Positions 12,967 to 25,689 of a stretch of DNA of 64,000 bases are shown piece by piece. A program made the translations under genes and the position numbers. The stretch spans positions 144,958,001-145,022,000 of the forward strand of contig CM059431.1 of assembly GCA_030390025.1 (NCBI GenBank), read 5' to 3'. Position 1 is the stretch's first letter, and every line of letters starts with the position of its first letter. Below the pieces are notes generated by a model that was given only the letters and a program-made list of their open reading frames with translations, ran no database searches and had not been told where the DNA came from. The stretch comes from Squalus acanthias. Lineage: Eukaryota.

Positions 12967-12991
12967 GCATTAGTTACAGTCATTTAACAAA
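12967..12991 (-). promoter_or_regulatory. Conserved upstream motif TTTGTTAAATGACTGTAACTAATGC of GPCR A
   Basis: Ends 133 nt upstream of the ATG. The same motif occurs at the same spacing in B, C and D, followed by a TATA-like GATAAATAT. Confidence 0.55.
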
Positions 12992-13362
12992 TAGACTGAG
13001 GTAAGTTGTTTTTTTTTGACTGATAATTCAGATTAAGAGAAATATGTGAAATTGTTATTGTACTGTTTCAAAAACACGCACAATACAAACATTCTTTAAA
13101 AATGGAAACTGGAATCACCCAACACTGGTGCTGAGCCTATTCCAGCAGGACTGGTGGAAGCTGCTCCCCTGGCAGCTATCGCCCTAACCCTGCCCTTCAC
13201 TGACTCCTAGTGCTCCAACACCTCCAGAACAGGCGGTGAAAGAAATCCTGCAATATCTGAAACAGTCCTGCAGCATTAGAGATGACCTTGTTCCTCTGGT
13301 AATAGTAGCTCCCAAAACATACACCAGATATGACACTACTCCTCTACTACTTGTGATAACCT

Positions 13363-16300
13363 ACATAGAAACATAGAAACTAAGATAAATAGGAGCAGAT
13401 TAGGCAATTCGGCACTTCGAGCCTGCTCCGCAATTCAATATGATCATGGCTGATCCTCTATCTCAAAACCATATTCCCGCTCTCTCCCCATACCCCTTGA
13501 TGCCTTTTGTGTCTACAAATCTATCTATCACCTTCTTAAACATGTACAGTGACTTGGCCTCCACAGCCATCTGTGGTAGAGAATTCCACAGGTTCACCAA
13601 TCTCTGAGTGAAGAAATTTCTCCTAATCTCAGTCCTAAATGTCCTACCCCTTATCCTTTGACTGTGAACCCTCGTTCCAAACTTCCCAGCCAGGGGAAAC
13701 ATCCTCCCTGCATCCAGTCTGTCTAGCCCTGTCAGAATTGTATACGTTTCAATGAGATTCCCTCTCATTCTTCTAAACTCTAGTGAATACAGGCCTAGTC
13801 GACCCAATCTCTCCTCATACGACAGTCCTGCCATCCCAGGAATCAGTCTGATGAACCTTCGCTGCGCTCCCTCTATGTCAAGTATATCCTTTCTTAGGTA
13901 AGGAGACCAAAACTGCAAACAGTACTCCAGATGTGGTCTCACCAAGGCCCTGTATAACTGTAGTAACACATCCTCGCCCCTGTCTCAAATCCTCTTGCAA
14001 TGAAGGCCAACATTCCATTTGCCTTTCTAACTGCTTGCTGCATTTGCATGTTTGCTTTCAGTGACTGTTGTACAAGGACACCCAGGTCCCTTTGTACATC
14101 AACATTCCCCAATCTATCAGCATTTTAATAATACTCTGCCTTTCTGTTTTTCCTACCGAAGTTTATCCACATTATACAGAATCTTGCCCACTCACTGATC
14201 CCTGCGATACCCCACTAGTCACCGCCTGCCACTCCGAAAAAGACCCATTTCTTCCTACTCTCTGTTTCCTATCTGTTAACCAATTTGCAATCCATGCCAG
14301 TATATTAACCCCAATCCCAGGTGCTTCAATTTTGCACACCAACCTCTTATGTGGGACTTTTTCAAAGGCCTTCTGAAAATCCAACTACACCACATCCACT
14401 GGTTCTCCCTTATATATTCTACCAGTTACATCCTCAAAAAAACTCCAGTAGGTTTGTCAAACACGATTTCCCTTTCATAAATCCATGTTGACTTTGTCTA
14501 ATCCCGTTGATATTTTCTAATTGTCCTGTTATCACATCCTTTATTATAGACTCTAGCATTTTCCCGACTACTGATGTTAGGCTAACCGGTCTGCAGTTCT
14601 GTGTTTTCTCTCTCCCTCCTTTTTTTAAATAGTGGGGTTACATTTGCCACCCTCCAATCTGCAGGAACTATTCCATAATCTATAGACTTTTGGAACATGA
14701 CAACCAATTCATCCACTATATCTATGTCTACCCCTTTTAGTACTCTGGGATGCAGATTTTCAGGCCCTGGGGATTTATCGGCTTTCAGTCCCATTAATTT
14801 CCCCAGCACTATTTTTTTACTAATTCTAATTTCCTTTAATTCCTCCTTCTCACAAGACACTTGATACCCTAGCATTTCTGGGAAGTTATTTGTGTCCTCT
14901 TCCGTGAAGATAGAACCAAATTATTTGTTTAATTGCTCAACCATTTCCTTGTTCCGCATTATAAATTCTCCCGTTTCTGACTGTAAGGGACCTACATTTG
15001 TCTTCACTAAGCTTTTTCTTTTTACATACTTGTAGAACCTTTAACAGTCCGCTTTTATGTTCCTTGCCAGTTTACTCTCATATTCTATTTTTCCCCTCTT
15101 AATCAATCTCTTGGTCCTTTTTTGCTGAACTCTAAACTGCTCCCAATCCTTACGCTTGCTATTTTTTCTGGGAACTTTATATGACTCCTCTTTGGAGCTA
15201 ATACTATCCTTAATTTCATTTGTTAGCCATGGTTGGGCCGGTTTTCCTATTGTGCTTTTGTGCCAGAAAGGAATGTATAACTGTTGCAATTCATGCATTC
15301 GTTCCTTAAATATCAGACATTGCCTATCCACCGTCATGCCTTTTAATGAAGCTCCCCAATCTTTCATAGCCAACTCCCTCCTCATACCTTCGTTTTTTTC
15401 CTTTCTTTAGATTTAGGACCCTACTTTAGGATTGGGCTACTTCACTTTCCATCTTAATGAAGAATTATATCATCTTATGGTTACTCTTCCCTAATGGACC
15501 CTGCTCAACAAGATTATTAATCAATGCCTTCTCACTGCACAATGCCCAATCTTTGATAGCCTGTTCCCTAGTTGACTCCTCAACGAACTGTTCTAAAAAA
15601 AACATCTCGCACACATTCCAGGAATTCATCCTCCACAGTATTATTGCTAATTTGGTTTGGCCAGTCTATATGTGGATTAAAGGCACCCATGATTACTGTA
15701 GTACGCTTGTTACATGCATCTCTAATTTCCTGTTTGATGCCGTCCCCTACATTTCCACTACTGTTTGGAGGACTATATTGAACTACCACCAAACAATTCA
15801 GCCCCTTGGTGCTTCTTACCTACACCCAGACTGATTCTACATCTTGATTTTCTATGCCAATATCCTTTCTCACCATTGCTCTGATTTCTTTTTTTACGAA
15901 CAAAGCCACCTCATCTCCTTTTCCTTTTTTGCCTTCCTTCCTAAATATCGAATATCCTTGGCTATTCAGCTCCCAGCCTTGGACTCCCTGCAGCCTTGTA
16001 TCCTTAATTGCAATTATATCATATCCGTTTTCAACTATTTGTGCTGTTAATTCATCTACCTTATTACGAATGCTGCATGCATGCAGATGCAGTGCCTTTA
16101 AACTTTTCTTTTTAATATTTTTAGACATCTTAACTTCTTTTGTACTATGGCCCTATTTGTCTTACCATTTTTTCCTGTCCGGACCCTATTTGCTAGTGCA
16201 CTCTTTTGTTGTACGCTCTGTCCCTTCCTGACACTATCTGATTATCCTTACACCAATCCAATTCCTGCACTCCTTCCTTGTCTTTCCTCCATAGCATTCT

Positions 16301-17440
16301 AGATTTCTCTCCACCGTGAAGCACCACCCCCCACCCTTAAATAGTTTAAAGCCCTCTATACCTCTCTAGTTATTCGATTCGCTAGAACTCTGGTCCCAGC
16401 ATGTTTCAGGTGTAATCAGTCCCAAAGCAACAGCGCTCTCTTTCCCCAGTACTGGTGCAAGTGCCCCACGAATCGAAACCCACTTCACCCACACCAAACT
16501 TTGACCACGCATTCATCTCCCTGATCCTATTGACCCTATGCCAATTTGCTCGTGGCTCAGTTAATAATCCAGAGATTATTACCTTTGTGGTTCTGCCTTA
16601 TAGTTTTGTCCCTAACTGCTCAAACTCTCTCATCAGAACCTCTTTCTTAGTCCTACCTCTGTCGTTAGTACCTACGTGGACCACGACAACTGGATCCTCC
16701 CCCTCCCCCTCCAAGTTATTGTCCAGCCCGGAGGAGATGTCCTTTTTTCCTGGCACCAGGTAGGCAACATACGTTCGGGACTCACGCTCCTGGCTGCAGA
16801 GAACAGTATCTATCCCCCTAACGATACTGTCGCCTACATAAACCACCTTCCTTTTTATTCACCCCACTTGAACGGCTTCCTGTACCATGGTGCCGTGATC
16901 AGTTTGCCCGTCCACCCGCAGTCACCACACTCGTCCACAAGGGTTGTAAGAACCTCGAATCTATTGGACAAGTGCAGGGACTGAGGCTCCTGCAATACTA
17001 CCTCCTGGGTCCCCGTACTTGCCTCACTCGCAGTCACACCGTTCTGTCGCTGACCACGTGTCAATTCTAAAGTATTTAATCTAAGGGGCGTGGCTGCGTC
17101 CTGGAGCAAAAGGTCCAGGTAACATTCTCCCTCCCTGATGTCTCGCAATGGCTGCAGCTCGGAGTCCAGCTCCTCAACTCGGAGCCGAAGTTCCTCGAGC
17201 CGCAGACACTTACTGCAGATGTAGTCGCCCTGGACAAAAATGTCCACAAGCTCCCACATATTGCACCAGCTACACTTCTCCTGTTCTCCCATTATTTAGT
17301 TTATTTATTCAATTAATTAGTTTAGTGGTAATCAAAATATTTACCTCGTTTAGTTTATTAAATTAAGTTTAAATTTAAATTTAGTTATATGCTATATTTT
17401 AACTTAAAAATTAGCCCACAGTCACTATCAATCACTTATA
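13363..17440 (-). mobile_element. Near full-length but defective CR1 LINE: ORF1 (Zn-finger, coiled coil, SGNH esterase) and ORF2 (APE endonuclease, RT)
   Basis: ORF1 pieces CSWCNMWE..ICSKC and VGDSIVRG..VHVGTND; APE SIRNKVDEL and MGAFN; RT pieces; (CATAGAAA)n tail at 13363. Confidence 0.92.
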
Positions 17441-17446
17441 CAATAT

Positions 17447-18986
17447 CAAAATACTGCGGATGATGGAAATCTGAAATAACAGCAGAAAACGCTGGAGAAA
17501 CTCAGCAGGCCAGGCAGCATCCGTGGAGAGAGAAACAGAGTTAACGTTTCTGGGACCCTTCTTCAGAACTGGAAAAAGCTGGAGATGTAACAGATATTAA
17601 GCAGGTGCAGAGACGTGGGGGGGGGGGGGGGGGGGGAGGGTGGGAGGGGAGGAAGGAATTGAAGGAACATACTGTGCGTTTGTAAGGGGCAGGAAAGAAA
17701 ACATTTTAAATTGGGAATGGCAAAATCATACAGCATTAAAAATGATGGCAGGGGTTATAGTTTGAAATTGTTGAACTCAATGTTGAGTCCAGAAGGCTGT
17801 AAAGGGCCTAATCGAAAGATAAGGTGCTGTTCCTCGAGCTTACGTTGAGCTACATTGGAACCAAGTAATAGGCCGAGGACAGAGAGATCAGAGTTGGAGT
17901 GAAGCGGTGAATTAAAGTGGCAGGCGACCAGAAGCTCAGGGCCACCCTTATTGACTGAACGGAGGTGTTCCGCAAAGCGATTTGGTCTCCCCAATGTAGA
18001 GGAGACCGCATCATGAGCAGCGAATACAGTATACTAAATTGCAAGAAGTACAAGAAAATCGCTGTTTCACCTGGAAGGGGCGTTTGGGGCCCTGGAGAGT
18101 GGGAAGGGAGGAGGTAAAAGGGTATTTGTTTCATCTCCGGTGCTTGCACGGGAAGGGGCCAGGCGAAGGGGAAGGGCTGTTCGGGGTGATTGAGGAGTGG
18201 ACCAGGGTGTTGCGGAGGAAGCGGTCCCTACGGAATGCTGAAAGGGGAGGTGAGGGGAATTTGCGTTTGGTGGTGGGATCACGTTGGAGGTGGCGGAAAT
18301 GGCAGAGGATGAACCGTTGCATGTGAAGGCTGGTGGGGTGAAAGGTGAGGACAAGGGGAACCCTATCATGGTTCTGGGAGGGAGGGGAAGGGGTGAGAGC
18401 AGAAGTGCGGGAAATGGACCATGACCCCACTAGCAAACATCAAGCCATTGTTTCCAAGATTGTCACTGACCTCATCTCCTCTGGAGATCTTCCCCCCACG
18501 ACTGCCAACCTCATACTCCCTCAACCCTGCACAGCTCGCTTCTAACTCCTTCCCAAGATCCACAAACAGGACTGCCCTGGTATACCCATCGTTTCAGCCT
18601 GTTCTTGCCCCACGGAACGTATCTCTTCCTATCTCGACTCTATTTTTCCTCCCCTCGTCCAGTCTCTTCCCACCTACATTCGTGACTCTTCCAACGCCCT
18701 CCGTCACTTTAACAGTTTCCAGTTTCCTGGCCCCAACCGTCTCCTTTTCACTATTGACGTCCAATCCCTCTACACCTCCATCCCCCACCAGGACGGCCTG
18801 AGGGCGCTCCGCTTCTTCCTTGACCAGAGGCAAAACGAGTCCCCATCCAACACCACCCTCCTCCGCCTGGCTGAAGTTGTTCTCACATTGAACAACTTCT
18901 CCTCTGACTCCACTCACTTCCTCCGAATTAAAGATGTTGCTATGGGAACCCACATGGGTCCTAGCTATGTCTGCCTTTTCATGGGA
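17447..18986 (-). mobile_element. Penelope-like element (GIY-YIG plus RT) with an inverted 5' segment (18416-18986 on +)
   Basis: Minus strand: RFAEHLRSV..VACHFNS..RKLEEQHLIFRLG..PSGLNIEF and RVPLVLTFHP. Plus strand: LLPKIHK..PIVSACSCPTE..DVQSLYTSIPH..VAMGTHMGPSY. Confidence 0.9.
17539..17566 (-). ncRNA. Degenerate minimal hammerhead-ribozyme motif in the Penelope 3' repeat
   Basis: CTGAAGA-AGGGTCCCA-GAAA-CGTTA; stem II appears collapsed. Confidence 0.45.
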
Positions 18987-20534
18987 CTATTTTCACTTAA
19001 AAACTGCCAGGATAAATATGGAACTGAACCAAATAATGTTAAACAATAGAGTTCTCATTCATGCCTGCTAAACTGCAGTATATGTAGTGAGAGGATTACT
19101 CCTTTTAAAAGTGTGTTTTTGATGCTCATCGCTACTTTCAAGAAAACTTGCTTGCTTTCTTCTTTATAAATGTTGATTGTCAAACTCCCAACATCGAACT
19201 TCCTCAGTTTAAATCCATGTTTGTCTTTGCTACGCAGCACCTGGAGATTGCAGTTTGTTTACAGCAGGGTAGGTTTCAAACGGCAATGTTTTTTCTGTGA
19301 CCAACTTTCGATAATATAATTTTCAACTTCACCGGCAGGTAAGTAGGTTAACTCTGAACGAACCTCCTGGTAATTCAATAAAAAAACATACAGAATACAG
19401 TTACCCAATGCGCTGAAATGATCCACCCGCCATCCCTCCTAACTCTTAATTTCACATTTTGAACTAATAGATCTTTATGATTGAACACCTTGGCACGATG
19501 AATAATTTGAGCAAAGAAATTCGTATATTCTCCTCATAAATTTAACCGGACATTAGATGGCTTGTAGGTATTCTCTTTTTCTGATGGTAGGAAGCACGAT
19601 TTCATACAAATTCTTCAAAGCTGGATTTGTGAATTCCTGTCATCTCTGCTGCTGAGCTGTGTGACCTATAATGTGCGGAAATATCCTTTCCTTGATTAGG
19701 TTCCCAGAAGTGAACACACCGTCGAAGCGGCGTGAGAACAATACTTCCTGTAACAACAATAATACATTTGATTTGAACTCTATACCTCTGATATTCAAGG
19801 AGCCATTCTCGAGCAAAGCGGAGATCTGGAACTGGCAGAGTGCGGGAAGTTGTGGGACTGGGATCTGGCAGAGTGTGAGATTCGATAGAAAGAAAATATA
19901 CCAGGGGAGCGGGGGCAATGATGGGAAGGAGAGCGGGAAGAGTCGAAAAAATCAATAGACGGAGACATCTCCACTTTTAATTCATAAAATATCAATTATA
20001 TTAGTTTTCAGCTTTTAAATACCGATCGGAGAAACAATATTACCCATTCGATAATATCGTTAAAGGAAGAGATTGGAGCCGTTTCAATGCTGAATAACAT
20101 ACCTAAAAAGTGTTTTGCTTAATATTGAACTGTTGATTATACATAAAAATTAAATAATAATCTTTTAAACTGAACATGAAATTGATCAAGTTCAAACTGA
20201 AGTTTCCCGTGTGAGGTCTTGGGCTGGGCCTCGACCACAGCGGGTGAATGACCAGAAAATTGCGACATGGCCAGAAGCTGGGAGAGTTCTCGATAGAGCA
20301 GAGAAGGCTAAGGGGAGATTTACTGGAGGTGTTCAAAGTTATGACTGGTTTGAGTACATGAGGAAACATTGCTTCCACTGGCAGTAGGGTCGGTAAACAG
20401 AGGATATAGAATTAAGGTAATCGGCAGAAGAATCGTGGGGAAATTAGGAGACTTTTTAACGCTGTGATTTGTTATGATCTGGAATGGACTGCCTAAAAGT
20501 TTGATGGAAACAGATTGAATAAAAAAGAAAGACA

Positions 20535-20992
20535 TTCGTTTATATAGAGCCTTTCACTAGCTCAGGCCACCCTAATTCGCATTACAGCCAATGAGATACT
20601 TTTGAAGTTGAGTCACTTTTGTAATGTTGGAAAGGCGGCAGTCAATTTGTGCACAGCAGGTCCCTTAAATAGCCATGTGATGAGGATCAGATTATCGGAC
20701 TTAGTGATGTTGGTTGAGGGATAAATATTGGCCAGGACACTGTGGGGAACTCCCCTGCCCGTCTTCGAAATAATGCCACAACATCTTTTACCTACACCAG
20801 CGAGGACAGAAGTGGCATCGGTCACGTCTCACACAAAAGCCGACACCTCCGACAGTGTAACACAACCTCAGTACTGCACTGGCGTGTCAGGATAGATTTT
20901 GGGTTCAAGTTTCTGGAGCGGGACTTTAACCACGCCCCTCCCGCCCGATCATTTGACTCAGAGAAAGTGCGACCACCGAGCCACTGCTGACA
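20535..20992 (-). mobile_element. tRNA-derived Deu-SINE/SacSINE1-like element
   Basis: tRNA-like head at ~20990, GCAGTACTGAGG..CACTGTCGGAGGTG core, and 3' tail ending AAAGGCTCTATATAAACG. Confidence 0.65.
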
Positions 20993-23884
20993 CCTTTGTA
21001 AAATAGTAACTTTCAAAAGCGAATAGGATTCATACTTGAAAAACCAAAAGTTTGTTCAGCCATAACCTCATTGAATAGCAGAACAGGCTCGAGGGGCCAA
21101 ATGGCCTCCTCCCGATCCTATGTCCCGATGTTTGAAGATCTATGGGGGAAGAGTAGGGGAGTTGGACTAATTGACTGCCTATTTCAAACAGCCGGCTGAA
21201 GCACAACAGGCCGAATGGCTTCTGTCTCTGCTCTATGATTCTACACATCTTGCATTGCCCGCGATCTTCCGCCCATTAATATCAAAGGAATGAAAGCTGA
21301 GGAAGGGCATCCGCAATTTGCTATAAGCCACCTTTGTGCGTGTGGGACTACGGCACTGGAGTGTGGAATTAAAATGTATTTATCCATTTAAAAAAGAATG
21401 AAAGGTCCCACAGGTCCAATAATTATATTGGGGTAATATTATGGATAAAGGCAAAGATATTTCAGAATATAAAGCATTAAGCACGTAGACTATAATGTTT
21501 AACTAAGACCGTTTAATTAGTGTCCCGAGTATAGCACAAGTGAATCATCGAAGGAGTGATTGTTGGAACGGCAGCGATAAGGCGATTTTCAAATGGAAAT
21601 TGTGAATCTGGAATCCAGGGACCAGACACGGTGAAAAAAAGGAAGGGGGACTGACAGGAGTGAAGCTTTACTGACACTGCTGCAAGTTTCCTCAATGAAA
21701 GAAGATTCCTGAAGATCCGACAGCGCCTGAAATAATCCCAGTGTTTAAAATAAGGCCAGGAGAGATCCAGTGGGTGAGCACCTGGGAGAGGAGCAATGTA
21801 AAAGGGAATTATATTGGTTTGATGGACGGTGAGTCATCTTTAACTAAGCTGCTGGAGTTTCTGAAACACATCACTGGCCTGTAGGGCAGGGGAGTTGCAG
21901 TGGGAATGACCCAGTCTGATTTTAGCGAAGCAGCGGACAAGGTTCCACATCTACAAATGGTGTGGAATTATGGGATGGGTGGGAGATCTGGCACTGCACA
22001 GACAGCTCATTACAAAATGAAACTAGATTATCGACAAATGGGAACCTGTAAGGGACGGGTGACTATGGAACCTCTGGGATCTTCCTTGGTAACAGTTTAT
22101 TTTTAATGTTTTCTTTCATAGAATCTCAACAGCGATGAGGGTAATTTAGAAACAAATACAATTAAAATGAAACCAAAATAGATAACACTGTAAACCATAG
22201 AAATTTACTTGGCGGGAGTAGGTTATGTGACCAATTCTATCTCTACTGAGTTCTTTGATACAGCAATCGAAAACTATCCGCATTGTCCTCCTCTCTCCAC
22301 GACTGTTTATTTTCCTCTGTTTCAAACACAATTCTAATTTTCCATTAACTATTCTCTGAAGCAAAACGTTCCAGCTCCAGCAACCCTTTGCACAAAGAAT
22401 TTTCTGCTAAACACTGCAGATTCCCTTTGTGACCATTTAAAATCGATCACCCTTTACCGTTCGCTCTCCAACTAGATGGAATAATCACTCCCTCTTCACT
22501 CTGTCGAAACTGTTGATAATTTATAAATCTTCTATTAAATCACCTCTTAGCTTTCACTGCTCCAGTGGTAATAGTCCCAATATCTTGCCCCTCATAACCA
22601 GTATAGTTCTGATCCATGGCACCATCCTGGTGTATCAACACTGCCCGCTCTCAGTGGATTTAATGGCCTTTCCAAAATGTGGGGGCGAAGCTGTACTGGT
22701 GTTCTAATGGTGGCCTCACTAGTATTGTGTAAAGATTCGTCATCACTTGTTTATTCTTCTGATCAATGTCCCTGTGTATAAAACAGTAATTTCTGTTGGT
22801 TTGCTTATGAACTTACTCGGAATTGAATATTTTGATCCCTATCGCTTGCTGTCCATTCATACCCTTCAGCTCCTTCCCATTGTTAGCCTGCTCCCATTCC
22901 TTGTCGTTTCTCGCACAATCGGGCGATTTACCGATGAACAATTTGTAACGGATTCAAAGTTACTGCGATTTTTCAATTATTATTTGAACAATGTGTATCC
23001 GCAGAATAAATCGGTAATTACCAAAGATTTTTTCTGACCGTCTGCAAATGTTCATTCAAACACAGAACACTTAATATTAGTTGTATTGTTTCTGAATTTC
23101 TGGCAGTGTTTTTAACAGATCACTTGCAACAATTGTAAGAATTAATTACTTTATGAAAAGTCATTCATTTTACATTCCTTTACACCTTTGTTTGAGAGAC
23201 TGATTGAGACAGAATATCAATAATGTTATCGACTGCACAAAACAAGCGCAGACTCCATCTTTGTGCTGAGCGAGAGACACCAGTCAGTGAACAATCGAGA
23301 TTTTAAGTCAGTATCTGGGACAAAAAGAGGTGAAAGGTCACATCGATGAGCCGAGTTCCGCCTGTTTCCTTCATTCGAACACTGATCACGTGACAAGAGC
23401 CCGCTCTATTTGTCAATGAGGAATGGAGTCCGATAGAGAGACCCGCGTCTGCAATATTCACACCAAAATTCCAGGAAAGTTCCCAATATCGGCGATCGCA
23501 AGACCTTTAATTGTTTCGGCTCCGAATGAAACGTTGTTGATGATTGGAAAGTGGCCGCGCCCGATCCCAGTATCTGCAGTGTGAGATGGATTCCTCTGTT
23601 GCTCACATGTCCGACTCCACTGCTGAACCACATCATTGTTATCTTTGATCCCTGAACTTGAAATGTGCTAAATTTGCAGGAATAGGATATGTTTACTCAA
23701 CGAAAGAAGCATGAAAAATTAAGCATTGCAGACATCAAACGCATGCTGCAAAATGGAAGAAATGTTTACACAAGTTCTCTCCCATTTTCACATTACCGGA
23801 AAGAAGGACGTTCTATTGTGAAAAAGGAGTTGAAATGGGGATTTAGTTACGAGGAAGCCTTCGTTTGATTGACTAATTTAATGC

Positions 23885-25247
23885 TCATTTTCTAACTAAT
23901 CTCAGAATGAGTGCCCAGGGGGATTTTGCCACCTTCTTCAGCTCTTCTCTGAATTTCCTTTCGGTCGCTACGTAAATACACGGGTTTTGAAAGCAACTCA
24001 AAAACTTCAACATTGTTCCGGTTTCAGTGGCGATATATCCAGGGTCTGTGCGGTCACCTCGATAATAAGTGATGTTTGCCAGTCTGGTAGTTACAAAACT
24101 CACGGCAGTTGTCAGCCACAACAATATAAAACTGCCCGTTATAGTGAAGAGTAAAATGATGGATTTCCTTCGTTTCTCCATCTCTGGATCGCTCTGATTA
24201 TCACTTCTGTGACCCCGGAGACCCCTGCGGGCTCTGCTGGCCACAAAAATACGTCGGACTGTCAAATAATTTAACAAGGCAATTAAAGTAAAAGGAAGCC
24301 AAACGCCCCAGGCGCTGTGAAACCAGATGTAGGCAACACCTGGAGGAGAGGAAACAAAAGTCACACTGTTCCGGAAGCCCCACTGCACATTGTTAATTAT
24401 TTGCTGTGGTTCAAATGCAAACACAATGGGGATGACCCTTACAAGGATTAGGACCGTGAATGCTGTTATAACCGCGGCCGCAGTTCTCTCGGTGCAATAC
24501 TTTGCTTTAAACTTCTGGCAGCAGATAACTACAAATCGATCAAATGTGAAGGAGACGGTGAACCAAACAGACAAATCGAGGTTGACAGCAGTCATATATA
24601 GAATGCACTTACACACGGGAGTCTGGGATAGGAATGAAAGTGGAAAGCGATAATTGAAAATATGACACACTATTACATTGACGGTCATGACCAGTAGATC
24701 TGCTGTTGCCATGGCCACCATGTAGACAGAGATACACTTGAAAAGGTCGCAGTTTCCTCGGGAGAGAATCACAATTGTCAGCAAGTTCGCTGTAAGAAAG
24801 AGAGCGGAGAGAAATAATGTCCCAGTGTCTGATTGAAATACATATGGAGATCCCTGTGGAGAGCATCTTAATCCATTCAGTGTGATTATCAATAGGGAGC
24901 AGTGTGAGAACAGGATTAGCTTTGGAACCTTTGCGTGAGAAAACGACCCAGACATTTTAATGAGCTGCTGCAGCGCTCACTCTGCACGGGGGGAAAAGAC
25001 GGTCCGGAAATCCGCTGAAATCCTTGTGTTGGAGCTTCAAAGTACATTGCAACATCAGTAAAGTTATCGGATTTGTATACTGCTGAAATCTGGAAAACTC
25101 GTTACCTTATCAAACAGGCTGTATGTACATGAATACAATTAACACCGATTAACAGCAAACAGGCTTCAATGGCTCACCGGGGACACCGACGGCCGCGAGA
25201 ATCGGGTAGTAAATCTCTGTGATCAGCAGAAAAGTTGTTCGCCCCAT
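23885..25247 (-). CDS. GPCR copy B: GPR139/GPR142-like receptor, open frame, 324 aa; join(exon1 25178-25247, exon2 23885-24789); ECL2 Cys replaced by Phe
   Basis: Exon 1 reads MGRTTFLLITEIYYPILAAVGVP plus G|GTGAG; acceptor TCTTACAG|CG; 388-bp intron. Same 7TM motifs as copy A, with NPCIY in TM7. Confidence 0.85.
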
Positions 25248-25379
25248 TTTCTGTGAGAATGGATGAATTCTGTAGGAGCTGAATGACTCTGACTGGCGCA
25301 CGGCTGGTGCAATGGAAGGGAACCGATATTTATACACACATCAATCCTCCAGCGAGTAAATCAGGTTAAATCATAATTA

Positions 25380-25404
25380 GCATTAGTTACAGTCATTTAA
25401 CAAA
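25380..25404 (-). promoter_or_regulatory. Conserved upstream motif of GPCR B
   Basis: TTTGTTAAATGACTGTAACTAATGC, 133 nt upstream of the ATG. Confidence 0.55.
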
Positions 25405-25689
25405 TAGACTCAGGTAAGTTGTTTTTTTATCTGATACGTCAGCTTAAGAGAAAAATGTGAAATTATTGTTGTACAATTACAAAAAAAATGCAGATTTAAA
25501 ACATTGTCTACGTGTATGAAGTGCATTCTCCAAGGACTATTTCTGACCCTATTCCTGCAGACCTTTTGAAGGCAACTTCCAGGCAATAATTGTCATGACC
25601 CTGCCCTTGATTCATTCCTAGTGCACCAACTCCTCCAGAATCACATCGTGCAATATTGGTGATGAACCCAGCCGGCAGCATTCGAGGTG

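Noticed and set aside
17617..17650. Poly-G run (and poly-C at ~63660-63695) as functional G-quadruplex elements
   Set aside because: Both lie inside retroelement low-complexity regions, and homopolymer lengths are unreliable.
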